Shown: positions 10,097-21,317, numbered from the stretch's first letter. The stretch: DNA of 64,000 nucleotides from an uncultured delta proteobacterium (GCA_963804165.1 CAWDPO010000014.1:99918-163917), one strand, 5' to 3'. A program made the numbers and translations. The notes: generated from the sequence alone by a model not told the origin.

Positions 10097-11035
10097 TTGT
10101 CGCTAGTGACTTTAAGTTTGGCACTCCATAGCGTCGAAGCCAAAACTATTTACATTGCGGTTTCCAACCCCGACATGTCGTTTCTAAGCGGCGGCGTGGC
10201 TAAGTATCAAGGATACTTCAAGGACGAAGGGCTGGACGTCGAGGTCTTGCAGATGAACGCCAACGTTTCCGTGGCGGCGTTGGCGGCGGGCAACGTAGAT
10301 TACAATCTGATATTGCAATCGGTGGTCACGGCGAATTTGCGCGGTCTGCCGCTCAAAATCGCCGGCATTCTCATCGAGCGGCCCAACCATGTCGTCGTGG
10401 TGCATCCGAGCATTCAGAAATTCGCCGATCTGAAAAACAAAAAGATCGCCATCAGCTCTTTCGGTTCCCTCGTGGATATTCTCGCCAGGCTGACGGCGGC
10501 GCACTTCCAGCTCGATCCGCGCAAGGAAGTGGACTACGTCGCGGCAGGGAGCAGCTCGGCGCGCGTCGCGCAACTGCAGGCCGGCGTGGTGCAGGCGGCC
10601 TTCGTCACGCCGCCGGGCAATTTGAGAGCGGAGGCGGCGGGCTTCAAGACATTGCTGCGAGTCCGCGATTTGTTCCCTTTTCCTGTGAACGGTATCGGCG
10701 TTACCGAACAGAAACTCAAGACGAATAGAGACGAAGTGAAAAAAATCGTCCGCGCGCTGCTCCGGGCCAACCGCTTCATCATCAACAATCCGAAGGGCGC
10801 GATCAAGATCCTGTCGGATTGGGGCAGAACGAAACCCGAGGTTGCCGAAGACGCCTACAACGACAACGCGAAAAATTATAGCCGAAATCTTCTAGTGTCG
10901 AGAGCGACCTTGGAAAACGTCATCGAGAGCACGCGTTGGAATGTCGAATTGAAAAGGAATGTCTCAGTCGATGAGATATTCGACTTCAGCCTGGTGCGCG
11001 AGGTTCTGAAGGAAATGGGAGAATCGCCGAGCTGA
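10097..11035 (+). CDS. NitT/TauT ABC substrate-binding protein (start uncertain)
   Basis: GYFKDEGLDVE, DLKNKKIAISSFGS, IFDFSLVREV. Confidence 0.85.
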   Translation: MSLVTLSLALHSVEAKTIYIAVSNPDMSFLSGGVAKYQGYFKDEGLDVEVLQMNANVSVAALAAGNVDYNLILQSVVTANLRGLPLKIAGILIERPNHVVVVHPSIQKFADLKNKKIAISSFGSLVDILARLTAAHFQLDPRKEVDYVAAGSSSARVAQLQAGVVQAAFVTPPGNLRAEAAGFKTLLRVRDLFPFPVNGIGVTEQKLKTNRDEVKKIVRALLRANRFIINNPKGAIKILSDWGRTKPEVAEDAYNDNAKNYSRNLLVSRATLENVIESTRWNVELKRNVSVDEIFDFSLVREVLKEMGESPS

Positions 11036-13330
11036 TGAGCACGCGCTCAAAAAGCCGAAAATCGCACTGACGGCACAAGCAACCCTTTCGGGGGCGCAGC
11101 CAAAGTCATTGGAACTCCGACGCCGCGTTTAGAAGGGCCCTGAAAAAGTATCGGGGCGGGCGATCTATGCCACCGACGTCAACTTGCCGGGCATGCTTTG
11201 GTGCAAAGTCTTGCGCAGTCCGATCTCTCACGGCCGCATCAAGAAGATCGATGTGAGCCGCGCTCGCGCTTTACCCGGCGTGCACGCGATCATTACCGGC
11301 GAAGACGTCAAAGGGCTATTGATTGGCAGAAAAATTTACGACATGCCCATTCTCGCCGACGGCGTGGTCCGGTTTATCGGCGAGAAAGTCGCCGCGGTGG
11401 CGGCGGAGAAGCGAGGCGATCGCTGAAGAAGCGGTCGAGCTGATCGACGTCGAGTACGAGGAAATGCCGGCGTTGCTCGATCCGCTCGAAGCGGTCAAAC
11501 CTTCGGCCACGCTGCTCCATCCTAACGTCCAGGGTATCGGGGACTTGCTTCATCCAATCGAGACGCCGAGCAACGTGTTCGTCAACATGAATTGGAAAAA
11601 AGGCGATGTCGAAGCAGGGTTTCACGACGCGGATATCATTATCGAGAACACTTTTACGACCAAGCCGGTGCATCAAGCCTATATCGAGCCGCACGCGTGT
11701 GTCGTCCGGGCGCAAAGTGTTGGAAGCGCCGATATCTGGGCATGCTCCAAGGTGCCGTTCGCGTTGCGCGAGCAATCGCCACGGCGTTCGGCAAAGGCCT
11801 GCGAGAATTTTATCATCCACCCCTGTTATATCGGCGGCTGCTTTGGCGGCAAGGGCGACTTCATGGATGTGCCGGCCTGCTATCTGTTGTCCCTGAAAAG
11901 CGGGCGGCCGGTGAAAATGGTGATGGATTATTCGGAAGAATTCGTCGCGGGCAATCCGCGCCATGCTGCCATCGTATTCGGGTAAAAAGCGGCGTCAAAA
12001 AGGACGGCCGGCTCGTAGCGCATCAAATGGAGTACGTCTTCGACAGCGGCGCGTACGGCGCATTCAAGCCTCAAGGTTATTTGGTCGGTCCGAAGGAAGC
12101 TGCCGGGCCCTTACAGAATTCCCAACGTCTTCATCGAAGAAAAAATCGTTTACACTAACAAAATTCCGTGCGGCCACATGCGCGCGCCGGGCGATCCGCA
12201 AGGTTTTTTCGCCAACGAGTCGCAGATGGATTTGATCGCGCGCCGATTGGGCATGGACCCGATCGCGTTCAGGAAAAAAGAATTTGATGCACGACGGCGA
12301 TCTCTCGCCGATCGGCCACGCGGTGCCGCATATCAAGAGCGACGAAATTCTCGACGGCAGCCGTCGAGAGTTCCGGCTACCGCCGGCCGAAGCGCAAAGC
12401 ATACCGGGCGCGGTATCGCGGTTTCGCAGTGGTTGCCGCTCGGCGGCGAAAGCCACGCGTTCGTCTCGATCGATGCGCAAGGAGACGTTACTCGTTTCCA
12501 CGGCGATGCTCGATCAAGGCGCGGGGACGCATACGGCGATGCGGCTGGTTGCCGCCGAGGAGTTGCAACTTCCGCTCGAAAAAATCCGGATCGCGACGCT
12601 CGACACGAGCAAGGTGGGACCGGATACCGGCATCGGCGCCAGCCGCGGCACGCGCATCTTCGGCAACGCACCCGTTTGGCGGCGGCGCAGGCGAAAGAGC
12701 AATTGCTCGACGCTGCCAGCGCTAAACTCGGCGTTGCCAAGGAACAGCTTTCTTTGACCGGCGACGGCGCCGTGCGCGCTCCTACGGGTCCAAGCTTGAG
12801 CTATCGCGAGATCGTGACGTCGAGCGGCGTCAGAAATTCGCGGCCATGGCTTTTATAAGAATTTCGAATCGGGCCCGGCAGCGGCGCTTTGTGTCCAGGT
12901 CGCCGAAGTCGATGTCGATGTGGAAACCGGGCAGGTCAAACTCACGCATTTCACGAGCGCGCACAGCACCGGAACGGTTTTGAACCCGCTGATGCATCAA
13001 GGCCAGATCGACGGCGGCGTCGTTATGGGCATGGGCTACGCGCTTATGGAAGGAGTGATGATCGACGGCGGCAATGTGGTCGACGACCAATTTTGGCGAG
13101 AACAAGATTCCCTCGATTCGGGACATTCCAGTTCTGAAAACGGTTATTCAGGAATTCCCGGTCGGCAACGGTCCCTACGGCGGCATGAGCATCGGCGAAC
13201 CGCCGGTGCGTTCCGACCGCGGCGGCCATCGCCAATGCGGTGGAGGATGCCGTCGGCGCGCGAATCTATGATTTGCCGATTACCGCGGAGAAGGTGCTGC
13301 GGGCGATGCGCGCTAGGAATGGAGTAATGG
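11035..13330 (+). CDS. Xanthine dehydrogenase/CoxL-family molybdopterin-binding subunit, many frameshifts
   Basis: Fragments across frames: LPGMLWCKVLRSP.SHGRI, HQAYIEPHA, GGCFGGK, DSGAYG, MRAPG, DQGAG, VDVETGQV, GQIDGGVVMGMGYAL, GPYG..IGEP. Confidence 0.85.
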
Positions 13331-13350
13331 AGTGATGGAGTAATGGGCTC
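13316..13350. repeat. About 8-bp-period GGAGTAAT tandem repeat
   Basis: ggaatggagtaatggagtgatgggagtaatgg. Confidence 0.65.
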
Positions 13351-13502
13351 CGAACTCCGCACCTCTGCGCGTGCAGTTATCCCCGCAACGACTTGAACGT
13401 GAAGCGAAGCCGAAGCATCGGACGCTCTTGGAACTCCGAACTCTCAGTCTTAAATACCCGTTGCGACGAATTATTTTACCTGCTAATTCACTTGACCAGT
13501 CT

Positions 13503-14008
13503 ATGAAAGACGAACTAGCGAAGAGATTGGTTCAAGGCCTGAAAGACGCGGGTGTCAACTTCGTCACTTACCTGCCGGAGACTCGCTTGAGCCAGATCGT
13601 GCCGTTGATTCGCGACGATCCGAAAATGGAGTTGATCGCGGCGGCGAGCGAGCAGGAGGCGGTCACGATCGCCGCGGGAGCTACCTTGGGCGGCAAACAG
13701 GCTGCCGTGTACATGGAAAACACCGGCATCTACGTGTCGAGTTACAGCTTGCTGACGATCGGCAAACAACTCGGCGTGCCGATTGTTCTTGTCATCGGCT
13801 ATTTGGGCGGCGTGCCCGACCAGCGCAATAGTTTTCTTTACGCGACGATCGGCAAGCACACGATTCCGATGCTCGAAGGACTGGGCATCGAGCACATGCT
13901 GCTCAAGACGGCGAGGGGCTCGAAGTCAAGATCAACGACGCGGTGCGGGCGGCCAACTCGTTGCGCGCGCCGTTCGCGCTGCTGTTCGCCGGGGAGTTTT
14001 CCGTATGA
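13503..14008 (+). CDS. ComD-like ThDP decarboxylase alpha subunit (frameshift near 13905)
   Basis: Paralogue of 9522-10028 (LKDAGVNFVTYLPETRLS, DQRNSFLY). Confidence 0.8.
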
Positions 14009-14613
14009 TTCGTCACGAGTGTCTCGAATTGCTGGCCGGCAAGATGAGCGATCAGCTGGTGGTTACTTCGCAGAGCGGCCAGCGCATCGAGTGGTCGCAT
14101 CTGTCGCAAGCATGAAGGCAATTTGCTCGTCGGCATGATGGGCTGCGCCATCGGCGTCGCGACCGGTTTGGCGTTGGCCTTGCCGCACCGCAAGGTGATC
14201 GCGCTCGATTCCGACGGCAGCGTGCTGCTGTCGCTGTTCAATCTGCCGACGCTGGGTAATCTGCGGCCGAAGAATTTAGTCGTCTACGTCTTCGACAACG
14301 GCGTTTACAGCGGCAGCCGGATAAGTTATCCGACTGCGACTTCGGGGAACACGGACTTGGCGGCGAATGGCGCGCGGCGCCGGGATCAGCCAACGCGCAC
14401 GACGATCCACGACATCGAGGAATTCAAAAACAAGCCGGCATGGAGGCGTTGACACGTAACGAATTGGCTTTCTTCGTCTGTAAAGTCGAAGAGAGCCTGC
14501 TGCACCGCGAGATTCCCCGGCCGAACACCGACCTCGCCGAAAACAAATATACTTTTGTGCGCTATCTGGAACGAACGGAAGGCAAGACGGTCCCGTTCGT
14601 CGGCCGCGGTTGA
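14005..14613 (+). CDS. ComE-like ThDP decarboxylase beta subunit (frameshifted)
   Basis: Paralogue of 8893-9492 (MIRHECLE, SDGSVLLSLFNLPTL, RYLERTEG); ATGA overlap with the upstream gene. Confidence 0.8.
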
Positions 14614-14632
14614 GAACGTTTTGGGAGAGAGA

Positions 14633-15676
14633 ATGAAAGAAGCAAAACGATTGGTGCTGATTGCCGTCGCGTTGTTGGGCATCGCTGTCGCTGCAACGTC
14701 ATCAGCTCAGGCGCAGGATTTCTACAAGGACAAAACGCTTACCATCATTGTCGGCTATTCGCCCGGAGGCTCTTTCGATCTCTACGCGCGCGTGCTGGCC
14801 CGCTATATCGGCCGATATCTCCCCGGGCAATCCGACCCGGATCGTCGAGAACATGACGGGCGCCGGCGGATTGATCGCGGCCAATCATCTTGTACAATCG
14901 GGTCAAGCCGGACGGATTGACCATCGGCGCGTGGGCGTCGCCGTTGGTGTTGCAGCACATCATGGGCAACGAAGCGGCCCAGTTCGACGGCCGGAAATTC
15001 GGCTACCTCGGCATCCCGAGCGAGTACGATACCGTCTGCACTTTCAACCAGCAAAGCGGCATAACCAAGATGGACGATTGGATCAATGCCAAGCGGCCGC
15101 AAAAGATCTCCACTATCGGCCCCGGCACCAGCACATCGGACATTCCAAAATTGCTCAAAGCCGCGCTCAATCTGCCGATGGACGTGATCGACGGTTACAA
15201 AGGCGGCGCGGATGCGCGGCTGGCAGTGGAGTCAGGCGAAGTCGACGGTTACTGCGGCTCATGGGGAACGGTGGAAACGGTTTGGCGCAGCGCCTATGAA
15301 AGCAAGAAAATCGTTCCCGTCTTGCAAGTCGTCGCTCAAGTCGCAGCCCAAGTATCAAACATATTCCGCTGGCGATCAATTACGCCAAGACGGAGGAGGC
15401 GCGCGAGTTGCTAAAAATCGCGGACGATGTCCACGTCGTGCAGTTTCCTTTTTCGCGTGCCGCCGGGCATGGCGAAAGACCGGCTCGAGCTGTTGCAGCG
15501 AGCATTTGTTCGCACGTTCAAAGATCCCGACCTGATTGCCGAAGCGAAGCGATCGCAGCTTGGACATCGATCCGATCGATGGCCCGACGATCACCAAGAC
15601 GCTGACGAGCCTTTACGATCTCAAGCCGGCGACAGTGGCGCAACTGAAAGACATCCTGCTGCCGAAGAAGAAATAG
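14633..15676 (+). CDS. Tripartite tricarboxylate transporter substrate-binding protein (TctC/Bug-like), frameshifted
   Basis: QDFYKDKTLTIIVGYSPGGSFDLYAR, VENMTGAGGLIAAN, KPDGLTIG, GYKGGADARLAVESGEVDG. Confidence 0.85.
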
Positions 15677-15857
15677 CAAGCCGTGTTCGTGATCGGGTCA
15701 CGGGTCGCAGCTATGAAATCCTCAGCGATCTCGATACCGCCAAGCACTCTGTGGCGTCGGTCCCAACTTGACACCACTAGGTCTTTTCCCGGTAGAGACT
15801 CAACAGAACATGCTCGCGATCGTTGCGATATCTACAGCGAAGTGGAGGGAAGCAAAT

Positions 15858-16816
15858 ATGGCAGAAATCGTAATCGGTATCGGCACGTCGCATAGTCCGC
15901 AATTGAGCATACGCGCGAAGGATTGGGATCACCTGTTAAAAAAGGACGAGACCGATCCGCGGCTCGACTATCCAGGCCTTGGTGCAAAAGGCCAAGCCGG
16001 GTCTGGCAGCGGAGCTTACGCCGGAGAAGTTTCGCGAGCGCGACGAAGCTTGTCTGAAAGCGGTCAAAGACTTGGGCGAGGCGCTGCAAAAGGCGAACGC
16101 CGATGTGGTGGTGGTTTTCGGCGACGATCAACAGGAACAGTTCCACGACGAGAACATGCCGACGTTCGCGATCTACCACGGCAAGTCGGTGCCTGTCGTC
16201 AAGGATAACAGACTACCGGCCTTCCGGGTGGAAGGACGCGGAGCGCCAAGGCTGGGCGGAGACGGCGCGCGGAATATGATACCGCTCATGACTTGCGAAT
16301 CATTTGATTCGCTCGCTGGTCGATGCCGAGTTCGACATCGCGCGCTGCAATAAACTGCGCGAAGAAATCGGTGTCGGCCACGCGTTTAGTTTTCTCTACC
16401 GACGCGTGTTGCCGGGGAGCAGGCTGCCCATGGTGCCGGTGATGGTGAACACTTACTATCCGCCGAATCAGCCGACGCCGAAACGGTGCTATACTTTCGG
16501 CCAGGCGGTGCGTAAAGCGATCGAGTCGTGGAACAGCGACAAGCGCGTCGCGCTCATGGCGTCCGGCGGCCTAAGTCACGTCGTTATCGACGAGGAAATC
16601 GATGCGATGACTATCGACGGTTTGAAAAACAAGAGGCCCGAGGTGTTATTTCAATTGCCACGCGAAAGATTGCGCGGCGGCACGTCGGAGATCCTCAACT
16701 GGGTGGCGCTGGCCGGCGCGATGGAAGATCGCGATCTGAAATATTTTGAATATGTCACGACCTATCGCTCGCCGGCGGCGACAGGATGCGGCATGGGGTT
16801 CGCGTACTGGATGTAA
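15858..16816 (+). CDS. Class III (LigB/LigZ-like) extradiol ring-cleavage dioxygenase, frameshifted
   Basis: MAEIVIGIGTSHSP, GDDQ.EQF, GHAF, NTYYPPNQP, ASGGLSH, GTSEI.NW. Confidence 0.85.
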
Positions 16817-16908
16817 GAGTCTCGGTTTCGGGGTCTGATCCTGAGTCGAAGGGTCTGGGTGCTAGGTTGGTTCGACTTGGCTAAAACCAAACACTAAGAA
16901 GAATGTAG

Positions 16909-17571
16909 ATGGCAAGAGAACCAATCATCGAGCGCTTGGCGAAGCTGGATACCTGCGCGGTGTCCGATGCGCTGGATAGTCTGATACTCAAAGGCGCGAC
17001 GTGGGGCGTCGCGGCCGCAATGGCAATGCCCGCGCATCGTCGGGCGGGCGGTGACGATGAAGATCAAGCCGGCCGGTTTGCAGCAGCCGACGCAGCATCT
17101 TGGCACGGCGCCGATCGAAGCCGCGAAGCCCGGCGACATCATCGTCATCGATAACGGCGGGAAGCTGGAATTTTCCTGCTGGGGCGGTTTGTTGGCGCTT
17201 TCGGCCAAATTAAAAGGAATAAGCGGCGTGGTCATCGACGGCGCATCACGCGAATTGATGAAGCGCGCGAGCTGAATTTTCCGGTGTATGCGCGCGGCGC
17301 TGTGCCCATGACTGCGCGCGGTCGGGTCATGCAGGAATCTTTCAACCAGGAAATTCAATTCGCCGGCGTGCAATGCCATCCCGGAGATCTGGTCATCGCC
17401 GACGGCAGCGGTGTGGTGATCATCCCGAAGGAAAAAGAAGAAGAGGTCGTTGCCGCAGCGGAAGGGATTTATCAGAAAGAACAGGAAATGGCGGACGGCA
17501 TCCGCAAAGGATATTCGGGTCGCGAAATGTTGGAAAAACTCGGCTACGAGCAGATGTTGAACAAAAAGTAG
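16909..17571 (+). CDS. RraA/HMG-CHA aldolase family protein, frameshifted
   Basis: TCAVSDALD, GRAVT, PGDIIVID.GG, CWGG, VIDGA.R, PGDLVIADGSGVVIIP. Confidence 0.85.
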
Positions 17572-17612
17572 GAATATTTAAATTCGCATGCCGACGATCA
17601 CCAGAGTTCGCT

Positions 17613-18797
17613 ATGCTCACACGCGAAGAAAACGAATTTCTAACTCAAGTCAGCGCCGGCACGCCGTGCGGCGAACTCTTGCGCCGCTACTGGCATCCGG
17701 TTGCCGCCGCCGCCGAATTGACCGACGAAAAACCGATCAAGGCAGTAAAGATTCTCAATGAAGAGTTAGTCGTCTATCGCGATAAAGCGGGCCGCTACGG
17801 CCTGGTCGGCGAGCATTGCCCGCATCGCTCGGCTTCGCTTGCGTACGGCCGCGTCGACGACGAAGGAATCCGTTGCCCGTATCACGGCTGGAAGTTCGAT
17901 TGCACGGGCAAATGCCTCGAACAGCCGGCGGAGCCGGCGGACAGCACGTTCAAAGACCGCATCAAACATGTCGCCTATCCTGTGGAGTACCTGGGTGGCC
18001 TCATCTATGCCTATCTCGGTCCCACGCCGGCGCCGCTCTTGCCGCGCTGGGATGTGCTCGTCTGGGAGCATGGCCGGCGCTGGATCGTCAAGGAGACGAT
18101 CATCGACTGCAACTGGTTGCAGCCGATGGAGAACTCAGTGGATCCGTCGCATCTCTTTTGGCTGCACGGCGATACCGAGCGGTTTGTACCGGGCTTGAAA
18201 ACTTACGCCGAGGAGCACGAGTTTATCCGCTTTGAGTACGGCATCCGAAAACGCCGAACGACGTTGCCGCTGGCGACCGGTGGTAAAACCGCGGTGGACG
18301 ACCATCCGTTGCTTTTTCCGACCGTGTTGCGGCACGTAGCGCCCTATAATGAGGGCAGCGGGCACCGACACAATTTACAGATTCGCGTGCCGGTGGACGA
18401 TTTTCACACTCAGGTGTTCCGCGTGAATTTTTTGCCGATGGAATCCGAAAGATCGCCGGCGGATGCGCCTGTGCCTTTTCGTTTCACTCCCCTTAAGACC
18501 GGCCCGCGCGAGTATAAAATGAATATGATTCCGGCGCAGGACTCGATGGCGTGGGAAACTCAAGGTCTCCTCGCCAACCGCGCGCAAGAACACCTCGGCG
18601 TGGGCGATGAAGGGGTCATCGAGCTGAGAAAACTTCTGCGCGAGCAAATCGAGCGCGTGCAGCAAGGTCTCGAACCTCTGGGGATCATCCGCGACCCCGA
18701 AAAAAATCAGTTGATCGACCTTGGTGTGATCAACGAGCGGATCGGGCTATTTGCTGCATCGGGCACAAGAGCGATGCAGAGCCACGCCGCGCGCTGA
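17613..18797 (+). CDS. Rieske oxygenase alpha subunit
   Basis: MLTREENE, GTPCGELLRRYWHP, CPHR..CPYHGW, ENSVDPSHLFWLH, QDSMAWETQG. Confidence 0.92.
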   Translation: MLTREENEFLTQVSAGTPCGELLRRYWHPVAAAAELTDEKPIKAVKILNEELVVYRDKAGRYGLVGEHCPHRSASLAYGRVDDEGIRCPYHGWKFDCTGKCLEQPAEPADSTFKDRIKHVAYPVEYLGGLIYAYLGPTPAPLLPRWDVLVWEHGRRWIVKETIIDCNWLQPMENSVDPSHLFWLHGDTERFVPGLKTYAEEHEFIRFEYGIRKRRTTLPLATGGKTAVDDHPLLFPTVLRHVAPYNEGSGHRHNLQIRVPVDDFHTQVFRVNFLPMESERSPADAPVPFRFTPLKTGPREYKMNMIPAQDSMAWETQGLLANRAQEHLGVGDEGVIELRKLLREQIERVQQGLEPLGIIRDPEKNQLIDLGVINERIGLFAASGTRAMQSHAAR

Positions 18798-19033
18798 ATT
18801 GTCCCTACCTGGTTCGTCGCTTCACCGATCCCTCCACTGCAAAATAGTTCAAATCTTTCCGAGAGTCGCGTCTCTGCGGTGCACTAGTTTTCGCTGCCGC
18901 ATTGATCAATCGTAGACTCTCTGATCGTTAACGTCTAAAAATTTCATACCTAACATAAGTTATTGATTTTTCTTGGCTTTTTTGAATAAAACTCTTGCTT
19001 AAGGAGTTCCGATTCGATTATGATTCGGCAGCG

Positions 19034-19168
19034 ATGGTAGTGCGACCAATGATCTCGATTCCCAAGGAAAAGGGCAAGTACATCAATTCGAGCTTACCGC
19101 AGTATCAGGACGTCGACGCGGCGCTAAAAATCGTTGACGACGCTTTGGCAAAGGCGGGGAAAAAATAA
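19034..19168 (+). CDS. Small ORF (44 aa), possible gene remnant or small protein
   Basis: MVVRPMISIPKEKGKYINSSLPQYQDVDAALKIVDDALAKAGKK; protein-like composition, ends about 30 bp before the next gene. Confidence 0.35.
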   Translation: MVVRPMISIPKEKGKYINSSLPQYQDVDAALKIVDDALAKAGKK

Positions 19169-19198
19169 CGCTCGACATCAAGGACGGAGGATTTGGCT

Positions 19199-20365
19199 AT
19201 GCTCACCAGAGAAGAAAACGAAATGATTACTCGCGTTGGACAGGGAACCCCCGCTGGAGAACTGTTGCGGCGGTATTGGTTTCCGGTTGGTGTTGCCAGC
19301 GAACTTACCGCTGAGAACCCCACGCAAATCGTCCGGATTCTCGGTGAGACGCTGGTGCTGTTTCGCGACAAAAAAGGCAACGTCGGTTTGCTTAACGATC
19401 GCTGCTCGCATCGCGGCGCTTCGCTTTGCTACGGTCGCGTCGAAGAACGGGGCATCGCATGCCCATATCATGGTTGGCTGTACGACACCAAGGGAAACTG
19501 TCTGGAAACGCCGGCTGAACCCGCCGAAAGCAAATTCCATTTGACCGTTAAACAAAAATCCTATCCGGTGCAAAAGTTAGTGGGACTTTATTGGGCCTAT
19601 CTCGGTTTGGCGCCGGCGCCGATTATTCCCAACTTCGACATCTGGTATAGAAAAGATGGCCATCGGAAGATTTTTATTCAGCCGCAGCTCGACTGCAATT
19701 GGTTTCAAGCGATGGAAAATTCCATGGATCCGGCGCATCTGCAGATTCTCCATCAGGACACTGCCAACCGCGGCCGGCCGATTCAAGACAGCACGCGCGG
19801 ACTCACCGATGACGTCCAAGAATTTGACTTCTACGAAGTTTCCTATGGACTCATGAAGCGCCGGACGTACAAAAACGGCATGCTCGACGAGCATCCGGTC
19901 ATCTTCCCAAATATTTTACGCCAGGGAAATGTTGGCCAAATTCGCGTGCCCATGGACGATATGCACACAAAAGTTTACTTCGTGCGCTTTTTCCCGACGA
20001 AGAACGGCGAAATTGTCGAGAACGACGAACCGCCGGTGGAATACATCAAGCCTTACAAAAATCCTCCCGAAGCGCTACATCCCTACACGAAGTTTCGCAT
20101 GGACATGGTGCAGGCCCAAGATCATATGGCCTGGGAAACCCAGGGGCCGATCGCGGACCGCACGACCGAAAGGCTAACCAGCTCCGATCGCGGCATCATC
20201 ATGCTGCGCGAAGTCATGTTCCGCGAAATGAAAAAAGTGCAGCAAGGTAAAGATCCCATGGGCATCGTACGCGACCCGGCGAAGAACCCCTTTCTCGACA
20301 CCCATTTGCTGGAATCCATCGCGCAAATCGGTGACGATCGCGCGCCGCGCGCCGTCAACCAATAA
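19199..20365 (+). CDS. Rieske oxygenase alpha subunit
   Basis: MLTREENE, CSHRG..CPYHGW, ENSMDPAHLQILH, QDHMAWETQG; RBS GGAGG upstream. Confidence 0.92.
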   Translation: MLTREENEMITRVGQGTPAGELLRRYWFPVGVASELTAENPTQIVRILGETLVLFRDKKGNVGLLNDRCSHRGASLCYGRVEERGIACPYHGWLYDTKGNCLETPAEPAESKFHLTVKQKSYPVQKLVGLYWAYLGLAPAPIIPNFDIWYRKDGHRKIFIQPQLDCNWFQAMENSMDPAHLQILHQDTANRGRPIQDSTRGLTDDVQEFDFYEVSYGLMKRRTYKNGMLDEHPVIFPNILRQGNVGQIRVPMDDMHTKVYFVRFFPTKNGEIVENDEPPVEYIKPYKNPPEALHPYTKFRMDMVQAQDHMAWETQGPIADRTTERLTSSDRGIIMLREVMFREMKKVQQGKDPMGIVRDPAKNPFLDTHLLESIAQIGDDRAPRAVNQ

Positions 20366-20373
20366 CCCTCGAC

Positions 20374-20420
20374 CGGGCCCTTCCATAGGTTCCAAAGGGG
20401 CTCGCTTTCTTTTTTCTTTC
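20374..20420 (+). terminator. Possible intrinsic terminator
   Basis: Imperfect gggccc...ggggctc hairpin followed by a T-rich run, just after the stop codon. Confidence 0.4.
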
Positions 20421-20588
20421 GATTTCAGCGTCTGCTGATCGGGATTTCCTTGGAGAAGATCGGCCGCGATTGCGGGTCAGGTGTCCATCTCCCAAAAGTG
20501 CACTGTTCGCTTGCCTTGGCATTTTTGCGAGACTATGATCCAGTCGCGTCGGTGACGATCGAAATCAAGAATAGCGGAGAAAAATTTT

Positions 20589-21317
20589 ATGGCTGACCTA
20601 TCCAAGTTGCGCGAGCTGGTTGCCCAATCTTGCCGTGTCCTCGGCAAACTAAACCTCACCAAAGAGCCCAGCGGCCACGTGAGCGCGCGGGTGCCGGGCG
20701 AGGACAAAGTTCTCATCAAAGCGCGCGGCCCCGAAGAGTCGGGTCTGCGTTTTGTCAGCGCGCGCGATATCATCACGGTCGATTTCAATGGCAAGAAGCT
20801 GGCGGGCGATGACGGCCTGGATGTGCCGCAGGAAGTCTTCATCCACACTTGGCTCTACAAGACGCGCTCGGACGTTCAGTGCGTCGTGCATGTGCATCCG
20901 TTGACCGTCGTGTTGTTTACGATCTGTAATAAACCGATTCAACCCTTGTATGGCGCCTACGATCCGTCGGGGCTCAGGCTGTTAGTTGACGGCCTGGCGA
21001 CTTATCCGCGCAGCATCACGGTGTCGAACGAAAAGCTCGGCGAAGAATTCGCCCGGGCGATGGGGAGCAAACAGGCGTGCCTCATGCGCGGCCACGGGAT
21101 CACCAGCGCCGGGCCGAACGTCGAAGACGCGACGCTGACGGCCATCAAACTCAACGACGCAGCCGTCATCAACTACCAGGCTTCGCTGCTTGGTACCCCG
21201 CAACCGATTCCGCAGGAAGACATTGACATTCTCGTCGGCAAGGCGCGCGGCGGCGGCAATGCCGTCCATGCGAATTCCAACTGGCGCTATTACTGCAAGC
21301 TGCTTGACGAAGAATAA
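20589..21317 (+). CDS. Class II aldolase/adducin family protein
   Basis: SGHVSAR, E.FIH..LYK.R.DV.CVVHVHP, LMRGHG. Confidence 0.9.
   Translation: MADLSKLRELVAQSCRVLGKLNLTKEPSGHVSARVPGEDKVLIKARGPEESGLRFVSARDIITVDFNGKKLAGDDGLDVPQEVFIHTWLYKTRSDVQCVVHVHPLTVVLFTICNKPIQPLYGAYDPSGLRLLVDGLATYPRSITVSNEKLGEEFARAMGSKQACLMRGHGITSAGPNVEDATLTAIKLNDAAVINYQASLLGTPQPIPQEDIDILVGKARGGGNAVHANSNWRYYCKLLDEE

Noticed and set aside
11035-17571. Programmed frameshifting or phase variation
   Set aside because: Too many indels at heterogeneous sites, with no consistent slippery motif.
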